NCBI RefSeq assembly: GCF_014349235.1
Contig: NZ_JACSOH010000004.1
Coordinates: 69,307 to 133,306, forward strand
Direction of reading: 5' to 3'
DNA length: 64,000 bases
DNA from: Cytophaga sp. FL35
GTDB lineage: Bacteria > Bacteroidota > Bacteroidia > Flavobacteriales > Flavobacteriaceae
Shown here one piece after another: positions 28,596 to 38,189 of the stretch; position 1 is the first letter of the stretch; each line of letters starts with the position of its first letter. The position numbers and the translations under genes were made by a program. The notes below the pieces were generated by a model. It worked only from the letters and a program-made list of their open reading frames with translations. It was not told the origin of the DNA and made no database searches.

Positions 28596-29096
28596 TTAAA
28601 GGAAGTTGAATGAAACCCCAATATTCACATTAAATTGATTGTGAAATTTATCGGATAGGGTTAGGTCTTCTGTTTGATACTTGGCAATTGGAAAACCTAG
28701 TTCCGTATAAACGCCTAGCCCCTCTGAAAAGAAATAGCGGGCGCCGGTATGAAACCCAAAATTCTTGAGCCCTAAATCCAAACCGGGGTACAAATCAAAG
28801 GCAGGGGTAACATCTATAATTGGCCCTAAATGTGCACTAAAACGCACTTTGGCATCAAAACGCTCTCTTGTATCATCATCTATTCCTTCTTCTATTCCCA
28901 ATAAATAGGAAGATACGGCACCCACGGATATATTCTCTCCCAAACCATAGTCATAGGAGGCAACAATTCCCGTTCCGTTATTCTGTAAGTTGGCACCTAC
29001 TTGGAACTTTTGATCTCCACGGCCTTCGTAGGCCTGTGCGGAGACAACCACAATTGTAAAAAATGCAACTATTGATGATATAACTAACTTCTTCAT
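28596..29096 (-). CDS. small outer-membrane beta-barrel protein
   Basis: Signal peptide. Alternating amphipathic beta-strand pattern. C-terminal aromatic (FNFL). Confidence 0.5.
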   Translation of the reverse strand: MKKLVISSIVAFFTIVVVSAQAYEGRGDQKFQVGANLQNNGTGIVASYDYGLGENISVGAVSSYLLGIEEGIDDDTRERFDAKVRFSAHLGPIIDVTPAFDLYPGLDLGLKNFGFHTGARYFFSEGLGVYTELGFPIAKYQTEDLTLSDKFHNQFNVNIGVSFNFL

Positions 29097-29116
29097 ATAC
29101 TTTTTTAAAAGAGTTT

Positions 29117-29977
29117 TTAGGCCGAAAGAACACGTTTGGTACGCTCAACAGCTCTGCTGTTTTTATAGTCGATCCATTTCTGGCCTTTTATTTTTCGCAT
29201 CGCGATATCAAAGCTACGCATTATGAAAATATTATAGACCCCTTTGGCAAAATTGAAGGGGTTTTTGGGCCATGCCCTTAAGCTCATACTAAACCCTGGA
29301 GTTTTATATTTCATATAATGCCAGTAACCCTCAGGCATGTAAAGAACCTCTCCATGTCCTAATTCCGTTCTATATCCGGAAGCCTTTTTTAATCCCGGCC
29401 ATTTTTCATAATCGGGATTGGAGAAATCTATACTTTCATGCGTAATCAAGGAGTGGGGAACCTTGTACAGGTACTTGGTTTCCTTAGGTGCAAACAAGAT
29501 ACATTCTTTGGTTCCCTCAAAGTGAAAATGAAAGATATTGGCCAAATCAATATCATAGTGCATAAAGGTGTAGGAGTCCCGTCCCCCAAAGAAAAGCATG
29601 GGCAATTTCCTTTTCAGTTTTAATCCAAAATCCGGGAAATCATAGTCCTGCTGAAGTGCTGGCACCTCCTTTAAAATATTCCATAGAAAAATCCTGTAAC
29701 GGGTAGGCTCTTTTTTGAGCAAATCTATATAATCTGCCATTTTCATCTGGGCATGCGGCTCGTTAAAACCATCTTCATGATTAACAGGTCTATCATCATA
29801 AAGCGGCACCGTTATATCTCCCGCCACTTCTTTCATGTAGCCCAAACTCCATTTTTTTATGGCTGGCCAGTGTTCTACAGAATTTTCTAGAACTACCGGT
29901 TTCTGAGGCTTGAAATAGTGCTTGATAAAATCTTCCTTAGTAATGGAACTTACCCGTGGAATAGCTTCTAACTTCAA
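29117..29977 (-). CDS. cupin-like (JmjC / Cupin_8) domain protein
   Basis: 286 aa. HxD...H-type cupin signature (FMHYDID...HF). Similar to the JmjC-like cupin-8 family. Confidence 0.65.
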   Translation of the reverse strand: MKLEAIPRVSSITKEDFIKHYFKPQKPVVLENSVEHWPAIKKWSLGYMKEVAGDITVPLYDDRPVNHEDGFNEPHAQMKMADYIDLLKKEPTRYRIFLWNILKEVPALQQDYDFPDFGLKLKRKLPMLFFGGRDSYTFMHYDIDLANIFHFHFEGTKECILFAPKETKYLYKVPHSLITHESIDFSNPDYEKWPGLKKASGYRTELGHGEVLYMPEGYWHYMKYKTPGFSMSLRAWPKNPFNFAKGVYNIFIMRSFDIAMRKIKGQKWIDYKNSRAVERTKRVLSA

Positions 29978-30058
29978 TGGTATACGATTGCGTTTTCCGA
30001 AGCAAATTTAATTAACCTTTTGTAAAGATTTTCTTAAAATTAACCTCATGCTATTTTA

Positions 30059-31195
30059 CTATACCAACTTGGTCTTGGCTTTTGCCTCCTCATTTCTAGC
30101 AATGGTATGACCCGGTCTGCTCCATTTGGGCTTTTCTCCCAAAGGCTGGTGTTGCGAGTCCTCCGCCTCTACTGTCTGTGGCTGACTTATCTTGGTAAAA
30201 GGTTTTTGAGGATTGAGGCCCAATAACTTGAACATTTCCATATCCTCGTTTACATCAGGATTAGGAGTGGTCAGCAATTTATCTCCCGCAAAAATGGAGT
30301 TGGCTCCGGCGAAGAAACACATGGCCTGGCCTTCCCTGCTCATTTGGGTACGGCCTGCGGATAACCTCACCTGGGTTTCAGGCATAACAATTCTGGTAGT
30401 AGCCACCATTCGAACCATTTCCCAAATGGAAACTGGCTCCATATCTTCCATTGGCGTACCTTCTACTGCCACCAAGGCATTGATAGGTACAGATTCCGGT
30501 TGCGGATTTAGAGTGGCCAATGCCACCAACATGCCGGCACGATCCTCTATTGCTTCTCCCATACCAATGATACCCCCGCTACAAACGGTAACATTGCTCT
30601 TACGAACGTTGTCTATAGTTTCCAAACGGTCTTCAAAAGCACGGGTAGAAATCACGTCTTTATAATAATCTTCGGAAGTATCTAAATTATGGTTGTAGGC
30701 ATATAGACCGGCTTCCGCCAATCTTTTTGCCTGATTTTCGGTCAACATACCCAAGGTACAGCAAACCTCCATATCCAATTTGTTAATGGTACGCACCATT
30801 TCCAAGACTTGATCAAACTCCGGTCCGTCTTTTACATTCCTCCAAGCAGCCCCCATACATACCCTTGAACTACCTGAAGCTTTAGCGCGTAAGGCTTGGG
30901 CCTTTACATGGGAAACCTGCATTAAATCATTCCCCTCTATATCCGTATGATAGCGCGCCGCTTGTGGGCAATAGCCACAATCCTCCGGACAACCACCTGT
31001 TTTAATAGACAATAAAGTAGAGACCTGAACCGTATTGGGGTCATGAAATTTTCTGTGAATCGTGGCAGCTTCATAAAGCAGCTCCATTAGCGGTTTGTTG
31101 TAGATTTCAAGAATTTCCTCTTTGGTCCAATCGTGCTTTTGTTCGCTCATAGTCTTATCTAAATCTGGGTCAAAAATAACCTTTAATAGTTTCAT
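30059..31195 (-). CDS. bioB: biotin synthase
   Basis: Radical-SAM [10 protein letters not shown] motif. Conserved BioB core. Extra roughly 40-aa Pro/Gln/Lys-rich C-terminal tail. Confidence 0.9.
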   Translation of the reverse strand: MKLLKVIFDPDLDKTMSEQKHDWTKEEILEIYNKPLMELLYEAATIHRKFHDPNTVQVSTLLSIKTGGCPEDCGYCPQAARYHTDIEGNDLMQVSHVKAQALRAKASGSSRVCMGAAWRNVKDGPEFDQVLEMVRTINKLDMEVCCTLGMLTENQAKRLAEAGLYAYNHNLDTSEDYYKDVISTRAFEDRLETIDNVRKSNVTVCSGGIIGMGEAIEDRAGMLVALATLNPQPESVPINALVAVEGTPMEDMEPVSIWEMVRMVATTRIVMPETQVRLSAGRTQMSREGQAMCFFAGANSIFAGDKLLTTPNPDVNEDMEMFKLLGLNPQKPFTKISQPQTVEAEDSQHQPLGEKPKWSRPGHTIARNEEAKAKTKLV

Positions 31196-31285
31196 AATCC
31201 AAAAATCCGATTAGAATCAGTGTTGGGGATAAAAAAAGTCCATCAAAAATATGATGGACTTTCAACTTTTAAAAATACTAATTGT

Positions 31286-32716
31286 TTAGCTTTCAGGTTG
31301 ATTCTCCACAACCGTAGTATCTGTAGCATCAGCGTCATCTGCCTTAACTTCCTTTCCTTTTAGGTAATCTGGAAGTTGCATACCAGCCATATTGAACATT
31401 TCCTGTAGAGGTGGAACCGACTTATACATTCCCGAAATAAAATTGGCCGTAGAGCCTTTGTCATTTCCATTTTTTGCTCCGGAATCCCAAACGGTCACCT
31501 TATCGATTTTAATATTTTTGATAGCCTCAGCCTGGGTTTTCACCAATTCCGGAAGCTTATCGGCCACCAATAACAGCACCGCATCTTTTGGATTGTTTCC
31601 AGCGGCTTTTACAATTTCATCCAACCCTTGTGCTTGTTTGGTCAATATTTCAAATAGTCCCTTCGCCTCTGCTTGCGCCTTGAAAAGAATAGCATCCGCC
31701 TCACCTTTAGCTTTTCTCCTGATCATTTCAGCCTCCGCTTCGGCAGCAATCTCCACTTTTTTCTTATCTATTTCAGCAGGTACCACAATATCTGCCATTT
31801 GGCTACTTCTTACCCTCTCGGCCCGTGCTATTTCCGCATCTTTTTCAGCCGCATAAGATTCTTCCAAAGCTCTCGCCGCTTGTACTTTTTCCGCTGCTAT
31901 TGCCGTCCTCTCCGCTTCTGCCTCTCTTTGTCTTCGTAAGGAGTCTGAGTTTGCGACATTGATTTTTGCCACGTTTTCACCCTCAACCGCTTGGGCATTG
32001 GCCGCAGCAACTTGGGTTCTTTGATCCTGGACCGCGTTGGCCTCCCCAATGGAACCGTCCCTATTTTTCTCTGCAACGGACTTTCTGGCTGCGTTGATGG
32101 CATGTGCCGCCGCTTCCTTTCCAAGCGCTTCAATATATCCGGATTCATCTACAATATCCGTGATGTTTACGTTGATCAGTTTTAATCCTACTTTCTTTAA
32201 TTCAGACTCTACGCTTTGGGAAATATTGGTCAAAAATTTATCCCTATCCGAATTGATTTCCTCAATATCCATGGAAGCAACTACCAAACGTAATTGACCA
32301 AATATAATCTCCTTTGCCAATTCCTGAACCTCGGGCATTCCCTGTCCCAACAACCTTTCGGCAGCATTTTGCATCACTCCGGGTTCCGTAGAAATACCTA
32401 TAGTAAACCTTGAAGGCACATTTACCCTAATATTCTGTTTACTTAAAGCATTTACAAGGTTTACTTCTATGGATATAGGGGTTAGGTCCAAATATTCATA
32501 ATCTTGGATTACCGGCCATATAAAAGCCGCCCCACCATGAATACATTTGGCAGAACTGCCGGCTCCTACTTTACCGTAAATTACCAATATACGGTCCGAT
32601 GGACATCTTTTATACCTGCGTATAAACGATATTATAATGATGAAGAAAAATAGGATGGCAAACCCAATTGCCATCAAAGAGGCGCTTCCTCCTAATTGTA
32701 AGGGAATGTTTAGCAT
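31286..32716 (-). CDS. flotillin-family (SPFH/band-7, YqiK-like) protein
   Basis: N-terminal TM helix. SPFH domain. Long Ala/Glu-rich coiled-coil (EA repeats). 476 aa. Confidence 0.85.
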   Translation of the reverse strand: MLNIPLQLGGSASLMAIGFAILFFFIIIISFIRRYKRCPSDRILVIYGKVGAGSSAKCIHGGAAFIWPVIQDYEYLDLTPISIEVNLVNALSKQNIRVNVPSRFTIGISTEPGVMQNAAERLLGQGMPEVQELAKEIIFGQLRLVVASMDIEEINSDRDKFLTNISQSVESELKKVGLKLINVNITDIVDESGYIEALGKEAAAHAINAARKSVAEKNRDGSIGEANAVQDQRTQVAAANAQAVEGENVAKINVANSDSLRRQREAEAERTAIAAEKVQAARALEESYAAEKDAEIARAERVRSSQMADIVVPAEIDKKKVEIAAEAEAEMIRRKAKGEADAILFKAQAEAKGLFEILTKQAQGLDEIVKAAGNNPKDAVLLLVADKLPELVKTQAEAIKNIKIDKVTVWDSGAKNGNDKGSTANFISGMYKSVPPLQEMFNMAGMQLPDYLKGKEVKADDADATDTTVVENQPES

Positions 32717-32719
32717 TTA

Positions 32720-33298
32720 TTAAGTATTTATAAGTTGAACGATTAAAATTCCGTTGGCAGTAACCTCCTTCACCTTTACGACATTGCCCTGCACTAAATC
32801 CACACCATCATCTGTTAACGCATCTAGTTCCCTGAGGGAGCCCTGTACATTTATACTCACCTTGCCAATTCTACTTCTGTTGGCACCAATGGTAAGGTAA
32901 ACTTCACCTATTTGATTCAGGGCATTGGAAAGTTTAAGGGTTCCACTGCTTTGAAGTTTTCCTAAATAATAAAACAATGAAGCCATGGCCAACATCATAA
33001 TTAGGCCGCAGACAACTGATATAAGAACGGTAATACCTTTTGACATTCCTGCATCTAAACAAGCGATTCCAGACCAGCCAAAAATGGTAAAAAAGCCAAC
33101 AAGATTCTTAAAGGAAAGAAATTGGAATTCAATGCCCGTGTCACCCTCAATTTCTACATCTACATCTCCCTCAACACCCTCGGTTTCCCCACCAAATAAG
33201 GTAATTATCAAAAGAATCAAAAAGATTACGGAAGCTATTAGTGCTATTACCCAATAAATCTTCTCAAAAAGGAGCATTGTTTCAAACCCAGGTATCAT
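32720..33298 (-). CDS. NfeD/YqiJ-like membrane protein (flotillin partner)
   Basis: Three or four TM helices plus a C-terminal OB-fold-like beta domain. Located 4 nt upstream of the flotillin gene. Confidence 0.6.
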   Translation of the reverse strand: MIPGFETMLLFEKIYWVIALIASVIFLILLIITLFGGETEGVEGDVDVEIEGDTGIEFQFLSFKNLVGFFTIFGWSGIACLDAGMSKGITVLISVVCGLIMMLAMASLFYYLGKLQSSGTLKLSNALNQIGEVYLTIGANRSRIGKVSINVQGSLRELDALTDDGVDLVQGNVVKVKEVTANGILIVQLINT

Positions 33299-33369
33299 AA
33301 AGTCAAGTTTTAGTTGTTATTCAATTTCAAAAACAACAAAAATCGACTTAAGGGCGGGATAGAAGAACT

Positions 33370-34539
33370 CTAGGTTCTAGACAACAAAAGGCTAACGGCA
33401 TTTCCCCCAAAGCCAACAGCATTTACCATTACCTTATTTATTGTAGCGGGCAGATTCTTTGCTTCTACAAAGGGCACTGATATTACCTGTTGTTTTTGCA
33501 ACATCAAAATAGCAAGTTCCATACTTAACGATCCCGATGTTCCGAAAGTATGTCCTACTTTCCATTTATTTGTAGTCAAAGTAGGAAGTTTGTTACAAAA
33601 TACCTTTTCAACAGCCTTTATTTCTGAGGAATCGCCTTTTATCGTTCCGGGGGCATGCATCACCACTACATCTACCTCATCAGGTGAAAAATCACCCAAG
33701 GCCATCTTCATGGAACGTTGGAAACAAAGGGCATCGGTAGAAACGGAAATATTGTGTTTTAAGGGTTCCGTTGCATAACCCACGCCAACAATTTGAGCCA
33801 AGGCATTCTCTTTTTCCCCGATTTCCATACAAGCAACCGAGGCTCCCTCCCCTAGCACCATGGTATTCTCCTTTTTTTCCATCTCCAAGGCCAAACAAGG
33901 AAAATCCACTTCTTTTTGCAAACCTCGCCTTGAATATACCTTTAGGGCTTTCATTTGGGAAATGGTGAAGGGCGTTAGCGGTGCCTCACTACCGCCTACC
34001 AAAAATTTATGGGTCATACCACTTTGTAGCCAAGCAACCCCATTTAAAACGCCATGGAGACCTGTTGAACAGGTGATGGAATGTGATATTTCAGGACCAT
34101 GGGTCTTTAGGTCGTGCGCCAACCACGAAGAGATATTTCCCAAAGTAGTGGTCGGTGAGGATAATGTGGAGCTTTTACCCTGCGCCAAAAATTCTTTGTG
34201 ATAGGTTTCAAAAAGTTCGGTAGCTCCGCGCGATGATCCGATATTTATTCCGAAGTCGTCGTTTATGGTCCATCCTGCATCGGCAACAGCTTTTCTAGCC
34301 GCGAAAAGTGCATATAGAACGGTTTTATCCAAACTTCTGTATTTTGGATCGGCATTTCTGATCTCCTCGATTTTCTGAATGTCTTCTTGTTGAATGGTCG
34401 AAACCCATTCATGTTGGTCTCCAAAACGTTTTTTTGTCAAATAATGCTGGCCGTTTAAATAAGCTTCCCAGGTAGATTCCAAATCACTACCTAATGGGGA
34501 AATAGAGGATATTGCCGTAATTGATATGGGTTGTTTCAC
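33370..34539 (-). CDS. FabF/FabB-like beta-ketoacyl-ACP synthase (KAS I/II family) encoded inside the biotin operon
   Basis: Cys-His-His triad context (HSITCSTGLHG, MHAPGT, VGHTFGTSGS). The likely start is the GTG at 34539 (VKQPISITAISSISPLG). The 73 upstream codons of the track ORF overlap bioA and are rejected. Confidence 0.75.
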   Translation of the reverse strand: MKQPISITAISSISPLGSDLESTWEAYLNGQHYLTKKRFGDQHEWVSTIQQEDIQKIEEIRNADPKYRSLDKTVLYALFAARKAVADAGWTINDDFGINIGSSRGATELFETYHKEFLAQGKSSTLSSPTTTLGNISSWLAHDLKTHGPEISHSITCSTGLHGVLNGVAWLQSGMTHKFLVGGSEAPLTPFTISQMKALKVYSRRGLQKEVDFPCLALEMEKKENTMVLGEGASVACMEIGEKENALAQIVGVGYATEPLKHNISVSTDALCFQRSMKMALGDFSPDEVDVVVMHAPGTIKGDSSEIKAVEKVFCNKLPTLTTNKWKVGHTFGTSGSLSMELAILMLQKQQVISVPFVEAKNLPATINKVMVNAVGFGGNAVSLLLSRT

Positions 34540-34553
34540 TACTAAAAGTCGTC

Positions 34554-35858
34554 TTAAACGATATCCAATACCTCGGTAATGGTATCGTAAATTTTTTGTA
34601 ATTGTGCTTCGGAAATGATGTAGGGAGCAGAAATATAAATGGTATTTCCTAGGGGCCTCAAAAATACGCCGTTGTCCATAAAATGCTTGAACAAACGGTC
34701 TCTGAGATTGCCGTAACGTTCCATTTTTACATTTAAGTCGAGCGCATAAATAATTCCGCATTGGCGGGTGGAGGCCACCTTTGGATGAATTTTCACCTTT
34801 TCATCAAACTCTTGATGACTACGGATTATTCGTTTAATATTTTTCTGAATTTCTTCGGACTGCAGCAATTGTAATCCGGCAAGGGCAGCCGTACAGGCCA
34901 ACGGATTAGCTGTGTAAGTATGGCCATGGAACAAACCTTTAGCAATATCATCGCTATAAAAGGCGTCGTACACCTCTTGAGTGCAGCTCGTTACTGCCAT
35001 AGGAAGCAGACCTGCCGTAAGGGCTTTACTCATACAAATGATATCAGGCGGGGTCTGCAAATATTCCGAAGCAAAATTTTTACCTGTTTTTCCAAAGCCG
35101 GTCATTACCTCATCGGCAATGGCCAAAACCCCATATTTTTTGATCAGCTCTAAAACCTGGTTCAGATTTTCTGGGGCATGCATTTTCATGGCTGCTGCAC
35201 CTTGCACTAGGGGTTCATAGACAAAGCCGGCAATATCATTTTTCTGCAAGCGACCTTCCAGCTGCTTTAATACCTCACCTACATTTTCTTTTGTGGGAAC
35301 AGGTATTCGCTCTACTTTAATAAAGTAATCTTCAAACGGTCCGTTGTAGACGGACAGGCCCGAAACGGACATAGCTCCAAAGGTATCGCCATGAAAACCT
35401 TCTTCAAACGCCAATAAAACAGGTCTCTTTTCCCCTTTATTAAAGTGGTATTGCAACGCCATTTTAATTCCAATTTCGGTAGCCGTTGAACCATTATCGG
35501 AAAAGAAGAGCTTTTGTTGATTGCTAGGTAATATGTTGATTAACGCTTCAGACAATTTTACAGCTGGTTCATGGGTAAATCCGCTAAAGACCACTTGGTC
35601 CAGCTGCTGCATTTGCGCTTGCACCTTTTCTAATATATAGTCATTACAATGCCCATAAACACTGGTGTACCAAGAGGAGATTCCATCTATATAGACCTTG
35701 CCGTTTTCGTCATATAAAAGAGCTCCTTTCGCCCTTTTAATACCCAACATTTTTGGGTGCAATTTGTGTTGGGTCAAGGGGTGCCAAATATGTTTTTGGT
35801 CCCTTTTGGAAATACTTTCGGATTCCAATACCGCCATGTCACGTTCATTTTCCATCAT
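34554..35858 (-). CDS. bioA: adenosylmethionine-8-amino-7-oxononanoate aminotransferase
   Basis: 434 aa class-III PLP aminotransferase with BioA-specific N-terminus (HIWHP...). Confidence 0.9.
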   Translation of the reverse strand: MMENERDMAVLESESISKRDQKHIWHPLTQHKLHPKMLGIKRAKGALLYDENGKVYIDGISSWYTSVYGHCNDYILEKVQAQMQQLDQVVFSGFTHEPAVKLSEALINILPSNQQKLFFSDNGSTATEIGIKMALQYHFNKGEKRPVLLAFEEGFHGDTFGAMSVSGLSVYNGPFEDYFIKVERIPVPTKENVGEVLKQLEGRLQKNDIAGFVYEPLVQGAAAMKMHAPENLNQVLELIKKYGVLAIADEVMTGFGKTGKNFASEYLQTPPDIICMSKALTAGLLPMAVTSCTQEVYDAFYSDDIAKGLFHGHTYTANPLACTAALAGLQLLQSEEIQKNIKRIIRSHQEFDEKVKIHPKVASTRQCGIIYALDLNVKMERYGNLRDRLFKHFMDNGVFLRPLGNTIYISAPYIISEAQLQKIYDTITEVLDIV

Positions 35859-35920
35859 GCAAAGATGGGGAAAATGGACTTCTTTTTACATAATTTGAAC
35901 GTTCAATAAACGGATACTTT

Positions 35921-36538
35921 CTATAAAGTCTCTAAAATAGGCTTGAATTTATCGGCATATTTTTTAATAACAGCCTTATCAAAAGATTCCTCCTCCTCAA
36001 TGCGGCCTATCATGGAAACTCCAGTTTTATGTAGAATAATATTTTCAGTTTGAGGATTCGCATTTCCACTAAAAAGTACGGAAACATCATACCCCTTTTG
36101 CATGAGCCAATTTATGGTCAATAGACTGTGGTTGATACTTCCTAAATAATGCCTAGAAACCACCACTACTTTATGGGTAGGCATGATGATATCCAATACG
36201 GTATCACTTTCATTAAAAGGAACAAGAATACCTCCACAGCCCTCAATCACCAAATGATTGTCCGTTTGCGGCACCTTGATATGTTCACGATCAATATGAA
36301 CACCTTCGTTCTCCGCCGCTGCATGTGGGCTCATAGGGTCCTTTAATTCGTAACTGCTTTTGTGGATTTTAGACTTTGGGTTGGACAATAAGGCCTTTAC
36401 CTTATCACTATCTGTATGGTCAAGTTCTCCCGCTTGAACGGGTTTCCAATAGTCTGCCTCCATAGCCTCTGCAATAATGGCCGAGGCAATGGTTTTTCCT
36501 ACTTCCGTAGAAATTCCTGTTACGAAAAATTGTGTCAT
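35921..36538 (-). CDS. bioD: dethiobiotin synthetase
   Basis: MTQFFVTGISTEVGKT P-loop start. About 205 aa. Confidence 0.85.
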   Translation of the reverse strand: MTQFFVTGISTEVGKTIASAIIAEAMEADYWKPVQAGELDHTDSDKVKALLSNPKSKIHKSSYELKDPMSPHAAAENEGVHIDREHIKVPQTDNHLVIEGCGGILVPFNESDTVLDIIMPTHKVVVVSRHYLGSINHSLLTINWLMQKGYDVSVLFSGNANPQTENIILHKTGVSMIGRIEEEESFDKAVIKKYADKFKPILETL

Positions 36539-36547
36539 AGGGTCATT

Positions 36548-36925
36548 TTAATTAGTGATCATGCCACAATTTAGGCATTTGTATTTTCTTTTCTCCAAAA
36601 ACGGAAAAAGTTTATGCAAAAGACCCTGTCTTTTATAGAAAACCTCGGAACGTTGGGCTCTACAATTGGGACATACCCGTACATTTCCCTCCTCATCCAA
36701 GGCATATGCCCTAATCTCATCATAAATGGATATAGCCTTGTCCTTATCTTCAGAATAAACCTGAAGTTTTACACCACCAATAGCGTTGCTAATAATGGGG
36801 TCTGAATTCAACGTATTCTCATCCCTTAGAAAGACCGAAATACCTACAGACTCCAATTTACTCTTAACGATTTGTACATCTGCCGGATATTCAAAAGAGG
36901 CCAACGTATAGAATTTACCTGCCAT
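36548..36925 (-). CDS. DUF2007-like small protein with a C-terminal CxxC...CxxC zinc ribbon, embedded in the bio operon
   Basis: 125 aa. DUF2007-like N-terminus. CPNC...CLNC. Confidence 0.5.
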   Translation of the reverse strand: MAGKFYTLASFEYPADVQIVKSKLESVGISVFLRDENTLNSDPIISNAIGGVKLQVYSEDKDKAISIYDEIRAYALDEEGNVRVCPNCRAQRSEVFYKRQGLLHKLFPFLEKRKYKCLNCGMITN

Positions 36926-36928
36926 TCC

Positions 36929-38083
36929 CTAATCAACTAATCCTTTTAATAAAAATAGCAATTCTTCCATTTGCTTCTTGGTATTAAAACTGTGGAGACA
37001 AATTCGTAGTCTTTCCGCTCCCAGAGGAACCGTAGGGGACAAAATGGCCCTAACATCAAAACCTGCATCCTTTAATTTTGCGGATGCATTTTTTGCCATT
37101 TCTATATTTCCCATATGCAGACAATGAATGGCAGATTGGCTAATTATAAACCTATGGTCCAAGCCTATTCTTTCAATTTCCGACTTAAAAAAAGCGATAT
37201 TCTCTTGAAGTTTTATCAAACTATTCGAATTTGCCATTTGCTGATGAACGGCCCGAACATTGGCCAAGGAATGTGGTGGCAAGCCCGTAGTATAAATGAA
37301 ACTGCGGGCAAAATTGATTAGGTATTCCCGTAATTTCGTATCTCCCAATACTGCCGCTCCATGGCAGCCCATAGCCTTCCCGAAAGTGACAATTCTCGCA
37401 AACACTTCGTTCTGCAATTTTAAGGCCTGCACCAATCCAGTACCGTTTACCCCAAAAACACCCACGGCATGGGCCTCGTCAACAATTAACCTGCACTTCT
37501 GATTTTCGCACAGCTTGCTAAGGACCTTTAAATCTGGCGTGTCACCATCCATAGAAAATACGGATTCTGTTACCACATAAATTTCAGCATCGGGCAATAG
37601 TTTGCTTTTTTCTTTCTTGATTCTCTCCCCTAAGTTGTTAAAATCGTTGTGGGCAAATTTCTGCGCTTTGGCATTGCCAAGGGAAATACCATCCCGGATA
37701 CTGGCATGAATCAATTCGTCGTAGAACACCAGATCACCACGTTGCGGAACGGAAGCAAAAAAACCTAAATTGGCATCGTAACCAGAATTAAAAACCAATG
37801 CCGAAGGGCATTGGTAAAAACCGGCCACTATTTTCTCTGTATTCGCATAGAGCTCATGGTTACCGGTAATTAAACGAGAACCAGTAGCCCCATTTTCAAC
37901 ACAATTTTGATAATCAAGAATGCTAGCGGTGATTTTAGATACTTCTTGATTTCTGGCAAAGCCCAAATAATCGTTCGAGGAAAAATCTACCAGATGACCA
38001 GTTGTCACCGGAAGCTCACGGAACGAATTTTCAGTTTTTCTTTGCTCCAGCTTTTTAAGCAACTTAGATGGAAAAGACATCAT
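36929..38083 (-). CDS. bioF: 8-amino-7-oxononanoate synthase
   Basis: Class-II PLP aminotransferase with BioF-like motifs (SNDYLGF, DEAHAVGVFG). Confidence 0.85.
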   Translation of the reverse strand: MMSFPSKLLKKLEQRKTENSFRELPVTTGHLVDFSSNDYLGFARNQEVSKITASILDYQNCVENGATGSRLITGNHELYANTEKIVAGFYQCPSALVFNSGYDANLGFFASVPQRGDLVFYDELIHASIRDGISLGNAKAQKFAHNDFNNLGERIKKEKSKLLPDAEIYVVTESVFSMDGDTPDLKVLSKLCENQKCRLIVDEAHAVGVFGVNGTGLVQALKLQNEVFARIVTFGKAMGCHGAAVLGDTKLREYLINFARSFIYTTGLPPHSLANVRAVHQQMANSNSLIKLQENIAFFKSEIERIGLDHRFIISQSAIHCLHMGNIEMAKNASAKLKDAGFDVRAILSPTVPLGAERLRICLHSFNTKKQMEELLFLLKGLVD

Positions 38084-38126
38084 TTTGCAAAATTAAGGGG
38101 TTTACGCGTTCCTAATCCCAACAAAC

Positions 38127-38172
38127 AACAAAAAAAGTCCCTACGGTCAAAAGATAAAACCCCAGGGACTTC
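38127..38172 (-). terminator. candidate terminator hairpin (agtccct...agggact) downstream of the MORN-repeat gene
   Basis: 7-bp stem with a large loop. Weak T-run. Confidence 0.35.
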
Positions 38173-38189
38173 TCTATTTGAACTAAATT

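Noticed and set aside
33370-34761. 73-codon N-terminal extension of the KAS ORF (MRNYLCARLKCKNG...)
   Set aside because: It overlaps the 3' end of bioA in another frame, and its Arg/Cys/His-rich composition is non-protein-like. The KAS-like sequence begins at the GTG at 34539.
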